Assembly (NCBI RefSeq): GCF_009914755.1
Contig: NC_060930.1
Length of the DNA stretch: 64,000 nt
DNA from: the human T2T-CHM13v2.0 reference genome, Homo sapiens
Strand: one strand, 5' to 3'
In this document: one piece after another, positions 12,677-25,260 of the stretch
Position numbering within the stretch: position 1 is the first letter of the stretch
Layout: each line of letters starts with the position of its first letter
The notes under the pieces: model-generated
What the model was told of the DNA's origin: nothing
What the model saw: only the letters and a program-made list of their open reading frames with translations
Databases searched by the model: none
Program-made: the position numbers and the translations under genes

Positions 12677-15639
12677 GAAACATTTTCATTCATTCAAGCA
12701 AATGTTTATGTAACTTGATTCTTTCCACTTCCCTATCTCTACTGCTGTCACCCTGGTCAGGTTATCCTGATCCATCTCCTCAGTGCTTCTTCAGTAGCCT
12801 CCTAAATTATCTCCTCACCTGGCCCTAGGGTGATGAAAGAAAGCCTGACTGATAAATTAAGATTTAAGTGAAGTATGGATATACCTGGAAAAAGTGTTTT
12901 GGTGGGAAGTGGAAGGGGCAGAGAGGAGAAAAGAAATATCAAACAGCCAGAGTGTTCAGATGGAAATCCAGTTCTGTGAGTTTTAAAAAGTGGTATTCTT
13001 TTTATTTTGCTCAACAATGTGAAAACACTCTTGATAAGAATTCTTGACACAGTGAAAGTGAAATGTGTTATTTCTTTCTTCTTTGTTGCCTGCCAAAAAC
13101 AAAACTTATGGATTGACCTATGAGAGGAAAGCATGTCAGTTGCAAGCAGAGCACACCCCAGAGAGAAGGCGCACCAGGCTCCAGGCCACTCTACTATCAA
13201 AATCAAATGTTGACTTTTTAAATATTAAAGATGAAGGTTGCTATTGAATCAATATTAAAGCAGGTGGGACACCAGGATGAGGTCTCTTCCATCAAGCACT
13301 TACTTTTTATAGTTTAGTCTAAATAGTATTTGATCCTTCTGCAAAAACCTTTAGACTCCTTTGTGAATGAAACAGGTATACCATGGCTTAGTTACCCCAA
13401 ATCTGGCATTTTAACATTTTGATGTAAAATGACAACAGGGGTGAGTCAAATAGAGGCCTTTAACTCAAATCTACAAAAAAGAAAAGAAAAGAAAGAAAGA
13501 AAACCATTACGATGCCTGCCTGTGAATTATGAAGGGAAATGCTGAATTTATAACCTGCAAATGCCGAATTCATAACCTGCATGTTTGCCTGCGCAAAACC
13601 AATCAGTTTATGTACATTTTCCAGTGATATGTCTATTTTTTCCTAAGTAATATGTTGGCTTGGGTCTTCCATAGGCTTAAACTCTGACAAAACACGCAAC
13701 ATAGATTTTTGCTACGTAGGCAGGATATTAACAAGCTGCTTTAATACGGCAATTAGCTATTTTGTTTTTCCCCTCTATCTTGACTGTTCTGGAAGGGCTT
13801 AAAGTTTAAACTGTCTTTGCCCTCTATGAAAAGGAGAACTGGCTTCTGATTAATTAAAGCTCTGGGTTTGATGGTAAGAAGGATTTCTTTTTTTCACAAG
13901 AGACTTAAAAGAACAGAAATTTGTATCTCCGTTCAAAATGCAGGCAGAAAAGAGGAGGATTTGTCCCAGGCTAGAAAATATTCCCTCAGGCTGAGGTGGA
14001 GCGTGGGGAAGAAGTAGAGAGCTGCAACACTCTATAGAAGAAAGGACTGTGAAAATGTATAGGTAGAAGGCCTCATGGGTGACCTTGCCAGGACTCCTGC
14101 ACCTCACATATGGCATGAAAGCCACCAAGGACACCATGAGGGGCAGTGTTCAAATGTTCACAAATGGGAAGGGAGCTGAGCACCATCCTTCATTCCTGCA
14201 AGCGTGGCCATCATTGGCCTTGCAAGCCCTGACCTGGCTGTCTACAGCCTTGCCAGCATGGGTCATGCTTCTTACATGCATGGGCAATCTACACCCAGGG
14301 ATCTTGTTTGTTGCTCCTTTCATTGATATGTCATCAGCAAGCACCTCTGCAGAGGCCAGGTACCAGGACGGTTGCTTATCTGTGCCCCTAGGCTTTATGA
14401 GACCTTCTCTGAGTGGGTAGCTTTCCTCAACATTTCAGAACACCCACAGAACAACAACAAAAAACATTTAGGTGAAGCAACTTCAAATCCTTTGAGCTAG
14501 GATAAAGATTAACGATGACTCCATTATACAACTTAATTAAGAATTTATATTGGTCCCTTATAAATACACATACATTGTTTAGCAAACCTTATTTGGCGAC
14601 ACTGCAAAAACTGGAAACTTCTTTATTATACTTTCCTCACAGGAGAGATTTCAATAATTATTCTCACTGAACCCCTAAATAGAACATTGGAATGTTTAAT
14701 ACCCAGAGTCTTGAAAAGAATGAACCTCTTATTATGCCTTAAGAAATGCATTTTGTTATAGGAAACCCAGGTTCTACCTTCAACCCCCAAGTTCTCCCTT
14801 TTCAGTTAGCAAGAAATGCCAACTATGGGATGTGGAGCTCCTGAACTGTTAAATATTATAAATCAGTGTCATTATTTTGATGATTTCCAAGAGAGATGAC
14901 TAAGGGAAACTGCATCAAGATACAGGAAAAGAGATACCTACTGACTGCATGAACTTATTTCCAACACATTCTCTTGCCATAATCTCCCCTCCAACCAGTT
15001 CCTAATGGTAATGCAGCACTGGGCCCTCCTTTTCATCAATGGATTACCCAGAGACAGAGTCATAGTGACCCAACTCTCTAACTCAGTTGGAGATATTTTC
15101 AGGTAATATGGCAGATTCGGCTGTGTATCCCCATCTCTTTTGGGAATACAATACATTTCCATTGCTTTGGAAATGCCATATTATCAGCATTCTCACTGGA
15201 CACAAAAGAGCTAGCCAGTATCTATACTTACCCTCTCTGTGTCTTCACTGCCTACCTATGCCATCCCTTACACATACATACACCACCACTCTTTTATAAA
15301 AACCACGACAAAGTTAGGATTTTCCCATTTCCTGATAAATGATAAATTCAAAGTAAATAGTCCCATAAAGCTTTTCTTCATTCAAATTATTTGAATCTTA
15401 CAGATAGGTAGAAAAAAAATCACTGTATCTGAAATAGGTTTGCTATCCCTTAGAGTTTAAACAAATAATGCAGGTATTATAAATTTCCTTCAACTCTCAA
15501 GGCAAATGTCTCCAAATATCCAGAGTCCTGACACCATCATCTTTTCATTTTCAGTGAAGAGCATGTGCAGTTTTCCCACCCCTGATGCTATAACTGGCTG
15601 GCACATAAAACCCACAGGTACCTGCAGGCAACTGATTAT

Positions 15640-16030
15640 AAAGACACCTCCTTTCCCTAATGTATTGATTCCCACTGCAATCTGCCTGCATCTACTGTAC
15701 TTCTTGGAAATTGCTCTTGCAAAGATTGCTCATGACCTTGCAGAATCAATCCAGTGAACACATTTTGGTCCTACTTTACTTGGCATCTCCCTTATGCTCT
15801 TCTTCCTCTTCTCATTTGACACACTCCCTGGGCAATCTCAGCCATACTCTGGGCTTCAGCTGTCACAAACAGAGTTAGGATTTCTTAACCTGTATTTCTA
15901 GCTCCAGCAGCCTCCTAAATATTTCTACCTGGGTGTCCCACAGGCATTTCTCACTCAACATATCCTAACCCTGTTCGAATATTTTTCATTCTCCTCTCCT
16001 TATAAACTTGCTCTTCTTGAACTCCCCACC
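15640..16030 (+). mobile_element. L2 fragment
   Basis: 'ggaaattgctcttgcaaagattgctcatgacc...atccagtgaacac...atttctacctgggtgtcccacaggcatttctcactcaacatatcc'. Confidence 0.75.
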
Positions 16031-16369
16031 TGGTACTGTTCATATGTCCCTTCACTGGTGGGAATAGCATGATTGGAAGAGAAAGAATGATCCCACAGGG
16101 CCAGGCATGAGCCTGGAAGAGAAGTCTATGGGGTGCAAGGTAGACACCTAAATCAGGTGCATGTGCAAAGCTAGTAATAAAATGGTAAATGAGCTCTGAA
16201 TCAGAGGAACATGCACTGACTGGATGCCAGACCCAAGGGGACCCAAAGGCAGGAGTCTGAGGGCCTGGAGAATGACAGTAAGACAGGACACCTGGGAAAA
16301 CTGCTTGGAAAAGGCACAGTGAACTGAAACAGGCCACTATGTACTAAAATAAAGTGCAGGAAGGGAAGG

Positions 16370-16545
16370 GACAGTCAGTGCTTTACAAAATACTTTCATA
16401 TTTTAATTTCATCTGAGAAATAAAACTCTGTTATAGAGATAAAGACTTGAGTAAAATAATCCCATGTCACAGAGTTGGAAAGCAAGGGAGTCTGATCTCA
16501 AACCCAGGCTCCTGACTTCAGGTCCTAAGTCATTTCTGCACCTGT
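16370..16545 (-). mobile_element. MIR fragment
   Basis: 'agtgctttacaaaatactttcatatt...gtcacagag...tctcaaacccaggctcctgacttcagg'. Confidence 0.6.
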
Positions 16546-16992
16546 ACTCTAGCCACATTTAGGGCAATCCAAATAAAGGTGACAATAATGGTAATCCTGA
16601 AAATGACATTAATATTTCACCTTCAGCTGTACCCTTGTTGTAATGTTCTCATTTTCTGCTCTCTCCCACCTCTACCTTTGAAGGTGTCTTTGAAGCCAAA
16701 AGAAGACAAACATTTTACTTCAGTAGGCTCTTGCTATTTGCCAGTAACACTTTTTTGCATGAAAAGCACCCAAAAAGGAATAGAAAGGAGAAGCTGATAT
16801 ACTACTTATGGGGCCAAAACTGATTTATTTTGCCCTGGGCTCACTACTTTTATGACTCAGGTTTTTTGGTCTAAAAATCCCTGATCAAAAATATAAAGTG
16901 TTCAGCACCAAAGCCAATCATCACAAAAGAAGAGAGAATTTTTCTTTTTTCTTTTAATGTGAGTCTTAAAAGTGGTCAACTTTGTTATGAGG

Positions 16993-17367
16993 TGCTATGG
17001 CCTGAATGTTTATGTTCCTTCAAAATTCATATGTTGAAATCCCACCCCCAACACCGACCCAGTAATAATATTAGGAGGTAAGCCCTTTTGGGGGGTGGTT
17101 AGGTCATGAGGACTCTGCCCTTGAAAATGGGACTACTGCCTTATAAAAGAGACCCCAGATAGCTGCCTTGCTCCTTCCACCATGTGAGGACACAGGGAGA
17201 AGACGCCATCTATGAACCAGGAAACGGGTCCTCACCAGACACTGAATCTGCTGGTTCTCTGCTCTTGGACTTTCTGGCCTCCAGAACTGTGAGAAATGAA
17301 TTTTGTTGTTTATAAGCCACCATGCAGTTTGTGGTATTTTGTTATAGCAGCCTGAACAGACTAAAAC
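16993..17367 (+). mobile_element. MLT1A-type MaLR solo LTR
   Basis: Starts 'tgctatggcctgaatgtttatgttcc' and ends 'gttatagcagcctgaacagactaaaac'. Flanks tgagg/cgagg form a probable 5-bp TSD. Confidence 0.9.
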
Positions 17368-18109
17368 CGAGGTGTATTTCTTGGCAATTCAATTTGTTTT
17401 AGAACATGATGGGCTGTGATTCTAGAATAAAATATTTGCAAAGTGGTAGTTAACAAAACAGAACAAAAAACAAACGTTGAACAAAGCGCCAGTTTAAACA
17501 ATCAAATTACAAATTGAATACAAACTAATTACCAATATTCTCCCTGATGGATGTTTGGGAAGGCAAACATAGTTTCACTGTTCTACTGCATTTCATAAAT
17601 TACAATAATTTATGATTTACAATGTGCTTATGAAGGCAGTGATCTTTAGAAGAGCTGGCTGTTATATTGCCTAGATTGTTTAAAACTGCAGGAGTGTAGG
17701 GCGAGTCTATGTAATGAACAGTTCTAACCGGATATTTTTTCTTGTTTTTAGAGAAAAATTGGGCTGCTAAACAGATGTCTAAAGTTAAATTATATTTCTC
17801 TCATACATAAAATACATTTTTGCTTTACTTTTTAAAAATTGTAGACAGTTACATTACAGAAAGCATTACAACACATAGCAATAGAAACAATAGAAAGCAG
17901 AGACAACAACAAAATAAATCACATACTCTAATTTAGCAACTATCACTTCCAGTCATTTTTCATATGCATATATTTTACATGGTGATAACATACAATTCCA
18001 TTGAGTAGATACATCATAGCTTATTAAATTGTTCTCTTCTTTTGCATTAAGATTCCTTCTGATTATAATTTTATCTTAATAACATCAGATTTTAAAAATG
18101 CATGATGTT

Positions 18110-18382
18110 GGCCAGGCTCAGTGGCTCATGCCTGTAATCCCAGCACTTTGGAAGGCCAAGGCGGGCAGATTACCTGAGGTCAAGAGTTCGAGACCAGCCT
18201 GGCCAACATGGTGAAACCTCGTCTCTACTAAAAATACAAAAAAAAAAAAAAAAAAAAAATAGGCTGAGGCAGGAGAATCTCTTAAACCTAGGAGGCGGAG
18301 GTTGCAGTGGGCCAAGATGGCACCACCACACTCCAGCCTGGGTGACAGAGGGAGACTCCATCTCAAAAAAAAAAAAAAAAAA
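18110..18382 (+). mobile_element. AluS with expanded A-linker and deleted start of right arm
   Basis: 15-bp TSD aaaaatgcatgatgt at 18094-18108 and 18378-18392, with a TT/AAAA endonuclease site. Confidence 0.95.
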
Positions 18383-18739
18383 TGCATGATGTCATTGTTT
18401 TCTTCAGGGGGGAAATGTGTTACCCTTATATATCCTATACAAATATAAGGCCAAATTCACTTATTGACAATTTTTTGGATGTATACACTGATCTCCTCTG
18501 TCCTACAATGTGGTTAAAGACATGTTTACCCCACTAAGTGTCATTAATCCTGAAATGGCTCTGCTCCAAAAGATCTGGAATCCTTTGTGTTAAGTGTTGC
18601 ACACAAAAAATGGCAAATACCTGCAACTGTAATATAATACGCCCTACACCCCACCTACTTATTCTACTAATTGCTTGATGAAAGGAAAATCATATTTCTA
18701 AAACCCAAATGTTTATCTCAGTGTTGCTTGGTGGGTTTG

Positions 18740-19130
18740 GAAGTCAAGCAGACCTAGGTTCAAGCTCTGATTTTACTCCTTGCTTCTATGGACAGGGCAG
18801 CTACTTTGTTCAACTCTAGGAACACATTCACATCAGAATCTATATGAATGGCACCCTCTGGATTAGGGACCAACACTACTTTATGTAAGTGAAAGTGTAG
18901 AGCCACTTTCCTAGACCTCAGTTGGAACACACTCCTGAGGTTGTCCAAGGCAGCTGGTGAGGCTGTGGGTAAATTACTTAATCTCTGAGCCTCACCTTTT
19001 AAATATGTAGAACTGGAGAGTGATAATATAGTACCTAATTTATTGGGCTGTTTTGAGAATTACAGGGGAGAACGTTGTAGTAAAGCATTTAGTATAGTGC
19101 CTTAACGTAGTAAGTCTTCAATATGCATTA
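18740..19130 (+). mobile_element. MIR interrupted by a palindromic MER91-like hAT MITE (about 18793-18870)
   Basis: MIR head 'gaagtcaagcagacctaggttcaagctctg' and core 'gggtaaattacttaatctctgagcctca'. Between them lies 'caactctagg...cattcacat-cagaatct-atatgaatg-gcaccctctgga'. Confidence 0.65.
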
Positions 19131-20939
19131 ACTCCTATTATAATTTTCCCAAAATGTATACTTCTCAGAAGAAGAATTAAAAAGATTGATTCTTTTGCAT
19201 ACTTTTCCATCATATGGTTGATTTCTGTTCTTGGTTACTACATCAGTCTAATCAATTCAGAATGGAAGAACAGCATGAAAATAAATAGAATAGAATAACC
19301 ATCTGCTGTGATTCTCCATCCCTGAGCCTGAATGCTGGATCTAATTTTATCTTAAACCCAAATCACAAAATATGCATGAACTAAGCTGCTTGCAATTCAA
19401 AGCCTTGTGAGAAATCAGCTTCAGGGATCTCTTTTAGCTTGGATGGGACTCAGTGAAGCCATAGCTACAGCAGGGACTCCTTAGCTAAGGAAACAGGAGC
19501 AGTCAGGACTAGAGACTGGGTAGAGCTGGAAGCCATGCAGATCAAGTTCAGAATGCTGTGAAAGGAATCTGAAAGGCAACCATGTTCAGGAGTGGTCAGA
19601 GAAGAAGGTGAGCACAGTCACAAGGGCCTGTAGAAAAATCATTTGAAAATCTAATAAACACTACTGAGTGTCTGCTATGTGCTAATTCTTGGGAATAAAG
19701 ATGAGAATTCACACGAGCAATAATACCATCATTTATTCTCATGAAGTTTCCCTACTTTTGTTTGTATCTTTGGCATGCGATGGAGGTAGATTTAGTCCAA
19801 GGGAAGAGTTATCACTCAGATACAGAACTAAGGTTCCAGTCAAATCACAAGTATTAGAGCCAGCTCAGATGCTTCCTAAAGCAATTATAGATGTCTGGGG
19901 TTATCTAGCTTAATCCCTTATAGGTCAGGAGGGAATGAAAACTACCATGGGGTCAACTAATGTGTCTTCCCTTGCTACTTCTTACATCCAACCCCAAAGG
20001 GATTGGGAACAGATCCAGCTATTTGAAGACTGAACAGAGGAAGTGAGGTGATAGAGGGGCATGAAAAAGAGATGTCCAGTTAGGTCCACCCTAACCCATA
20101 CTGGACTCCCTCAAGGAACCAGTCTGTAATGAGTCAAACTGGGCTTTCAGACCTACAAATTCAGAGAAGGATGTTTAAGAGGAGATAAAAGAATCTGAAA
20201 GCGGACAATATGCTGCAAATTAAAAGATATTTTGGACGTGAACTCTTCTTCATGGGATGACAGTTTAATCACACTGAATCCTCAGCATAAAATGTAGTTT
20301 TGTCAGATAGATTTTAACTATAATTTACTTTACCCACCCTGCTGCAGTTCTGAGACAGAAGACAGCCAGTTCTGTCAGAGCAAACTCAATTTGTCCTTTA
20401 CATCATCCAAATGTTCTTGTCTCAAGTGAGAAGCCCCAATAACCATGCACAGATTTCTTTATAAATTACTTATCTTTTAGATGCTGTATATTTACCACTT
20501 CATCATGTTTCCTTTTAGGTTTAAGTTTGTAGGACATGGCTCATGTCATATTTCTAGAAGGCCAAAGCCAAGTGAATGTTCTTCAATATAGTAACATTCA
20601 AGGTTGCAATTAATCTTACAAGCTTCATTTAAGGAAGGTATAAACTAGGCCAATAACTCACTCTAAAGTCATCAGTTTAGGCCATCAAAGTGATTTCTCA
20701 TTACAATAATAAAAAGGATTGTTTTCTGGGAAGAAATAAAAGTATATACATAATACTTCTAATACTGATATATTCAACTCTCCTATGGAGATCTTTATAC
20801 AAGTGGAAAGTTCTTGCTTCTAGGTCAGGTAGAATGCTTTCACAAGTGAATTAATATTTCCACACAATGGCGGAGAGATGACATGATGTGTAAAAGAAAG
20901 CTTGATGGTCCGCAGCTGAGGAGAGTTGACATTCCAGAA

Positions 20940-21085
20940 GAAGAGGACAAGAAGTGAAGGACAAGAACTGGCAGAGGAGAACTGGGGGGCGGAGGACGGG
21001 AGGATGAGAACTGGAGCGGGAGAACTGGGGAATGAGAACTGGGAGATGAGAACTGCAGGAAGAAAATGAGGAGGATAACTGGAGT
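20940..21085. repeat. Degenerate 14-bp purine-rich minisatellite with core GAGAACTGG
   Basis: AGAACTG cores at 20964, 20978, 21007, 21021, 21035 and 21049, plus degenerate copies. Confidence 0.85.
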
Positions 21086-21159
21086 ACAGCTCATTTCAAG
21101 ATAAGGAGCCTATTCACAGCCAGTTATCGACACAGGCATATAAAGAGGTTCCAGATTGT

Positions 21160-21670
21160 TTTATTTGAGGATTATTTGGTTACAAGAGGCAGAAACTTGC
21201 TGAGCTTAAGATGAACTGGGGATGGAGGGGGTGCCTAAAGACTCAAATGCAAGGAGAACAGTCTGATCTCACAAAAGAATGGAACCACCTCCGGAAAATC
21301 TTTGTCTCTCCGGACCACATAGTCTCTCATCTTTGTTTGTTTCAAGGTTCCCACTCATTTTACTCTCTATAGACTGGCTTTTTCATATTTTGAAATGCAC
21401 AGGGCAAACATGGCTACCAGCCCCAGCTTTGCATCATTTCCAATTCTAAGGCTGCTATAGACTCACTGAGTCTCTGCATGGCCATGCCTCTGAGTCCCAA
21501 ATCCAAATCCTTCTAAGAGAGAATCTGACTAGTTCCATTTGGGTTAGGTATCCACTGGGCTGACTCCTAAGGCTGGCTGCCCATTTAGCAAGAGTTTTTA
21601 GGGCAGAATCTCTGAGAAGGAGTATTGGGGTAGGAGGAATGATTGGCAAAGGAAATGATTTAAGAAACAC
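21160..21670 (-). mobile_element. Old MaLR LTR (MLT1 family)
   Basis: 'ttggttacaagaggcagaaac...agcttaag' and 'gagagaatctgactagttccatttgggttaggtatccac'. Confidence 0.5.
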
Positions 21671-22097
21671 AATGACAATTTCTTAGCAAATTTTCTTTGC
21701 CTCTGTCTGTTATATAATTACATGTACATTTTAGTTCCTTGAAACAGACAAGAAAATACTGTAAAAAGATGCAAAAATCACCTCAGAGATGTGAATACAT
21801 TAATCCACTAGCACCTATTTTAAGATTCTATTACCAAAGAATCAGGTTAATCAGTCAATAACCTATCCAGCCAGTAACCATAGCCTACCAAGTCCCTGAA
21901 GAGAAACTGTGAAGGACAAATAAAGCATAATTGTAGTTAAGGAGGAGAATGTGTGACAGATGAAGGTTACTGGGTGCCCACAAGCCTGACCTGTTTTCAC
22001 TCATTATACATCCAAACCCCCTCCCATGCTGTGTCTTTGTACATGGACATATTTATCCTCTTCTTTGCCATGCTAACTCCTATTCTCTCTACAGTAC

Positions 22098-22654
22098 TCG
22101 TGGGTTTAATTGTATCCCCCCAAAAGATATGCTGAAGGCTGCTCTGCCTATGGAGTAGCCATTCTTTTGTTTCTTTACTTCTCTGATAAACTTGCTTTCA
22201 CTTAAAAAAAAAAAAGATATGCTGAAATCCTAACCCCAGGTACCTATGAATATAACCTTATTTGGAAATATTTTCAGATGTGATCAAAAATTGATCAAGT
22301 TAAGATGAAGTCATACAGGATTATGGCAGGCTCTAAATCCAATGACTGGTGTCTTTACAAGGAGGCTGAGATTTGGTGACCAGAAACACACAGGGAAGAA
22401 GTCTATGTGACAATGGGGGCAGAGATGAGAGTGATGCAGCTACAAGGCAAAGGACACAAAGGATTGCCAGTAGCTACCAGAGGTGAGGAAGAGGCAGGGG
22501 AGGATTTCTTCCTAGAGCCTTCAGTGGAGATTGGCCCTGCTAACATTTTGACTTCAGACTTTTAAGCTCCAGAACTGTGAGAGAATATATTTCTGTTATT
22601 TTAAGCCACTCAGTTTGTGGTACTTTGTTATGACAGCCACAGGAAGCTAATACA
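22098..22654 (+). mobile_element. MLT1B/C/D-type MaLR solo LTR hosting a retroposed insert
   Basis: 'gtgggtttaattgtatcccccc...cctaaccccaggtacctatgaatataaccttatttggaaata...gcagctacaaggcaaagga...aggaagctaataca'. Flanks are agtac/agtgc. Confidence 0.9.
22137..22211 (+). mobile_element. Polyadenylated retrocopy of a MER41-family LTR R region
   Basis: 67-nt body 'ggctgctctgcctatggagtagccattctttt...gataaacttgctttcactt' plus an A-tail. Perfect 15-bp TSD aaaagatatgctgaa at 22122-22136 and 22212-22226. Confidence 0.8.
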
Positions 22655-22669
22655 AGTGCCATGTGTGCT

Positions 22670-22935
22670 CAAGTGTTGTCATCTCAGATCTGCTTCCCAG
22701 ATAGTATTCAAAGACTGCATTGGTGCCCTTTCTCTGTAATACCATGCTGTGCTTCTCGCTGCCATAGCTACCATCTCTACCACAATAGAGATGACACTGG
22801 TCTATAATTGTGTAGTTTTCTCTCAATTCTCAAGATTTTGAGGTGCCAGAAACTGTCCTTATTTTTATGTCTAGCATATAGTAGGAAATGCTTTATATAC
22901 CTAGCATATAGTAGGAAATTCACTAAGTGCTTATT
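22670..22935 (+). mobile_element. L2 3'-end relic
   Basis: Tail 'ctagcatatagtaggaaattcactaagtgcttatt', with a local duplication. Confidence 0.55.
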
Positions 22936-23987
22936 AAAATAAGATATTTTTTTCCAAATGTATAAATCTATAATGCTCTTGTGTAAAACATTTACATCTC
23001 AAGAATTTAAGACATGCACATATGGAACAAATTAAACTCACATTGTTGAATGTCCGCATTTATATATGCTACAGGAAGAAATTAGGAAGTCATATAATTG
23101 AATAACTGAGTGTACCAACTTCCATTTGGTTGCCGCCCAGCCCTGGCTAAAATAAAGAGAAACTTTTTTGAATTTAAAAGTATGTATACTGCTTTGAGGA
23201 AGTAAAAAGAGGCTTCAGGTTGGTTTTATGAATTTAACTCTCCACAGAATCCCTTTCCAGTTAAATAAATCATAATTCATGAATTCAGAAATTTAGTGCA
23301 AATGCAGATGAGGATAAATAGCACATGAGCCATTTGAGGCAGGCAGATTCACTGGGGAAATTAGAAACTGTCGTCAGGAGAGTTAATGGAAAGTCCACTA
23401 ATCCTAATTTTTAGACAGGATAGATGGAGTTGTGTGTTTCCTATCTGATTTACTCTCACATTAGGTCTACTTCTCTGGAGAAGATGGGGGGCTGGTTTCA
23501 TTTCCTCCTGCCAAGTGTGTAATAGTTGCTACAGTGTCACTTTGAGATATCTGCTATAAATTTGGGACATTTTTATTTTTCTAAATAAATAGCTAGGAGA
23601 TTCTCTGTATTATGTTGGGATATTAGTTCTCTGTAGTGTGAATAATCACTACTTAATGTTAGACCATTCTTCAGATAAGTGGCAGAAATTGTCTGCTAGG
23701 CTCGGGAGGTGCTGGCAGACAGTCTCATCAACACATTAAATGGCATAATTACACATTCTACAATGCATGTTGCTATGGTACTTTGATAGGAAGAGTCTAT
23801 TTTTATCTTTTTTTTTTACACTCGAAAGAGCTTCAACTTCTAGATTACAAACACAGTCTCTAGAATAAGATTACACGTATAGACGCTGAGATTCATTCTT
23901 CCATTTTATGTGTAAGTGTGTTAGTGCTCACTTAACCAAGCTTCTGAAACTTGTTGCTCACGTTCAGTTCATAGACCACACACAAGG

Positions 23988-24460
23988 TTGTGGTAAACAT
24001 TGGGCTGCTTTCCCAACTGTCATTCCGTTTTTAACGACTACCCTTATCCAGGTCAGGGACTGGTGTAGAAATGACTGTGAAACCCAATTCTGTCCAATGA
24101 GATGTGAGAGAAGTTTGCTGGAGTCAGGGATGCTGGGAGGGGGGAATCTTCTAAGAAACTTGTCTTTATTCCTAACAGAGAGCCATAGGAAGAGGTAGTG
24201 TCTCATCTGCCTCTGGACATTGTCTGGTCTGGATGTGAGATGTAAAACTGCTGCAGCCACCATGCCACTTGAGGAAGAAAGACTCCCCAAGATGGCAGAG
24301 CAGAGAAATGGAAGAACTCAGGCCCTTGATGACATCTTTAAGCCAATGAATCAAACTATTTTGAAGCCTGCTCTACTTGGAGACTTAATAATAAGTAATA
24401 AATTTCCTTATTATTTAGGCCAGACGTTATGTTAGTTTCATCTCAAGGCATTCAAAGTGC
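23988..24460 (+). mobile_element. Old ERVL LTR (LTR16/LTR33-like)
   Basis: 'cccaattctgtccaatgagatgtgagagaagtttgctgg...ctgctgcagccaccatg...aataaatttccttattatttaggcca'. Confidence 0.65.
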
Positions 24461-24539
24461 CACACCCTGCTTAAATTCCACTGTAGAAATGGCAGACCTA
24501 TGATGAAATTAAAAATCTAGTAATAGCTGTGTCACTGCC

Positions 24540-25040
24540 TATAGTGGACATGTACTTTTCTGTCTAAAGTTTCTTTGACATACCTTCCTTTCCAATTTTT
24601 ATTCCATGTAGTTTTCGGGCAAACCCCTACCTCTGCCTTCTCTGGTGTCTGCGACCCAGGATCTGACCACTGACGTTACCCCTGCAGCCTGGCTGCAGAG
24701 ACTCAAAGTGGACCAACGATCAACGTCACCAGAAATTTTACTCTACCTGTTGGGAAAGGGGGATCTTTTTCTGCTAGAGTTTCTAAGTTGGTAGGTTATC
24801 ATCTTAGAACTGCCAGTGGCCATTTTTGCCATCACATGAAAAGAACCTGAAAGAGAATGAAGCCAACTAAGAGGAAAGAAACTGAGAAAGTTCAAGAAGG
24901 AGGGGAAGCATGTGTGCCATGATGTTGTCCACAACTCTGCCAGAAGCTCAGATCTACACTTGGACCTTTCAGAGACATAAGCCCAGAAGTTTGAGCTGGT
25001 TTCTTTATTGCAATAAAAAGAATCCCAATTAATTCAGAAT
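24540..25040 (+). mobile_element. Old ERVL/MaLR LTR relic
   Basis: 'gtggccatttttgccatcacatga...tggacctttcag...agtttgagctggtttc...ttgcaataaaaagaatccc'. Confidence 0.5.
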
Positions 25041-25049
25041 TACATTGAT

Positions 25050-25260
25050 AGCTACCATTTTCAGAACACCAGTTATATTTTGGGCACATTATTTTCATTA
25101 TCTCTGGGCTCACAAGGACTCTGGAATGTAATATGTATCTACAGATGAAAAAGCTTAATCTCAGAGGTTTCAAGTGATATGCCCAGGTCACACCCTACTG
25201 ACAAGCAGAATGAAGATAAAAATCCAAGGTGTGCTAGGCTCCAAAAGCAGTGCTCTATGC
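25050..25260 (-). mobile_element. MIR
   Basis: 'tacagatgaaaaagcttaatctcagaggtttcaagtgatatgcccaggtcacac'. Confidence 0.8.

Noticed and set aside
17735-17800. Strong acceptor 'tttttcttgtttttag' as an exon start
   Set aside because: No convincing downstream donor or reading frame, and such motifs are common in T-rich DNA.
20940-21085. CRISPR-like reading of the 14-bp array (and the 112-bp array at 39695-40090)
   Set aside because: This is primate DNA, and the units are head-to-tail degenerate repeats without unique spacers or cas genes.
22871-22919. 19-bp direct repeat ctagcatatagtaggaaat twice as a TSD of a hidden element
   Set aside because: Only 11 nt separate the copies, so a local slippage duplication in an L2 tail is the simpler explanation.
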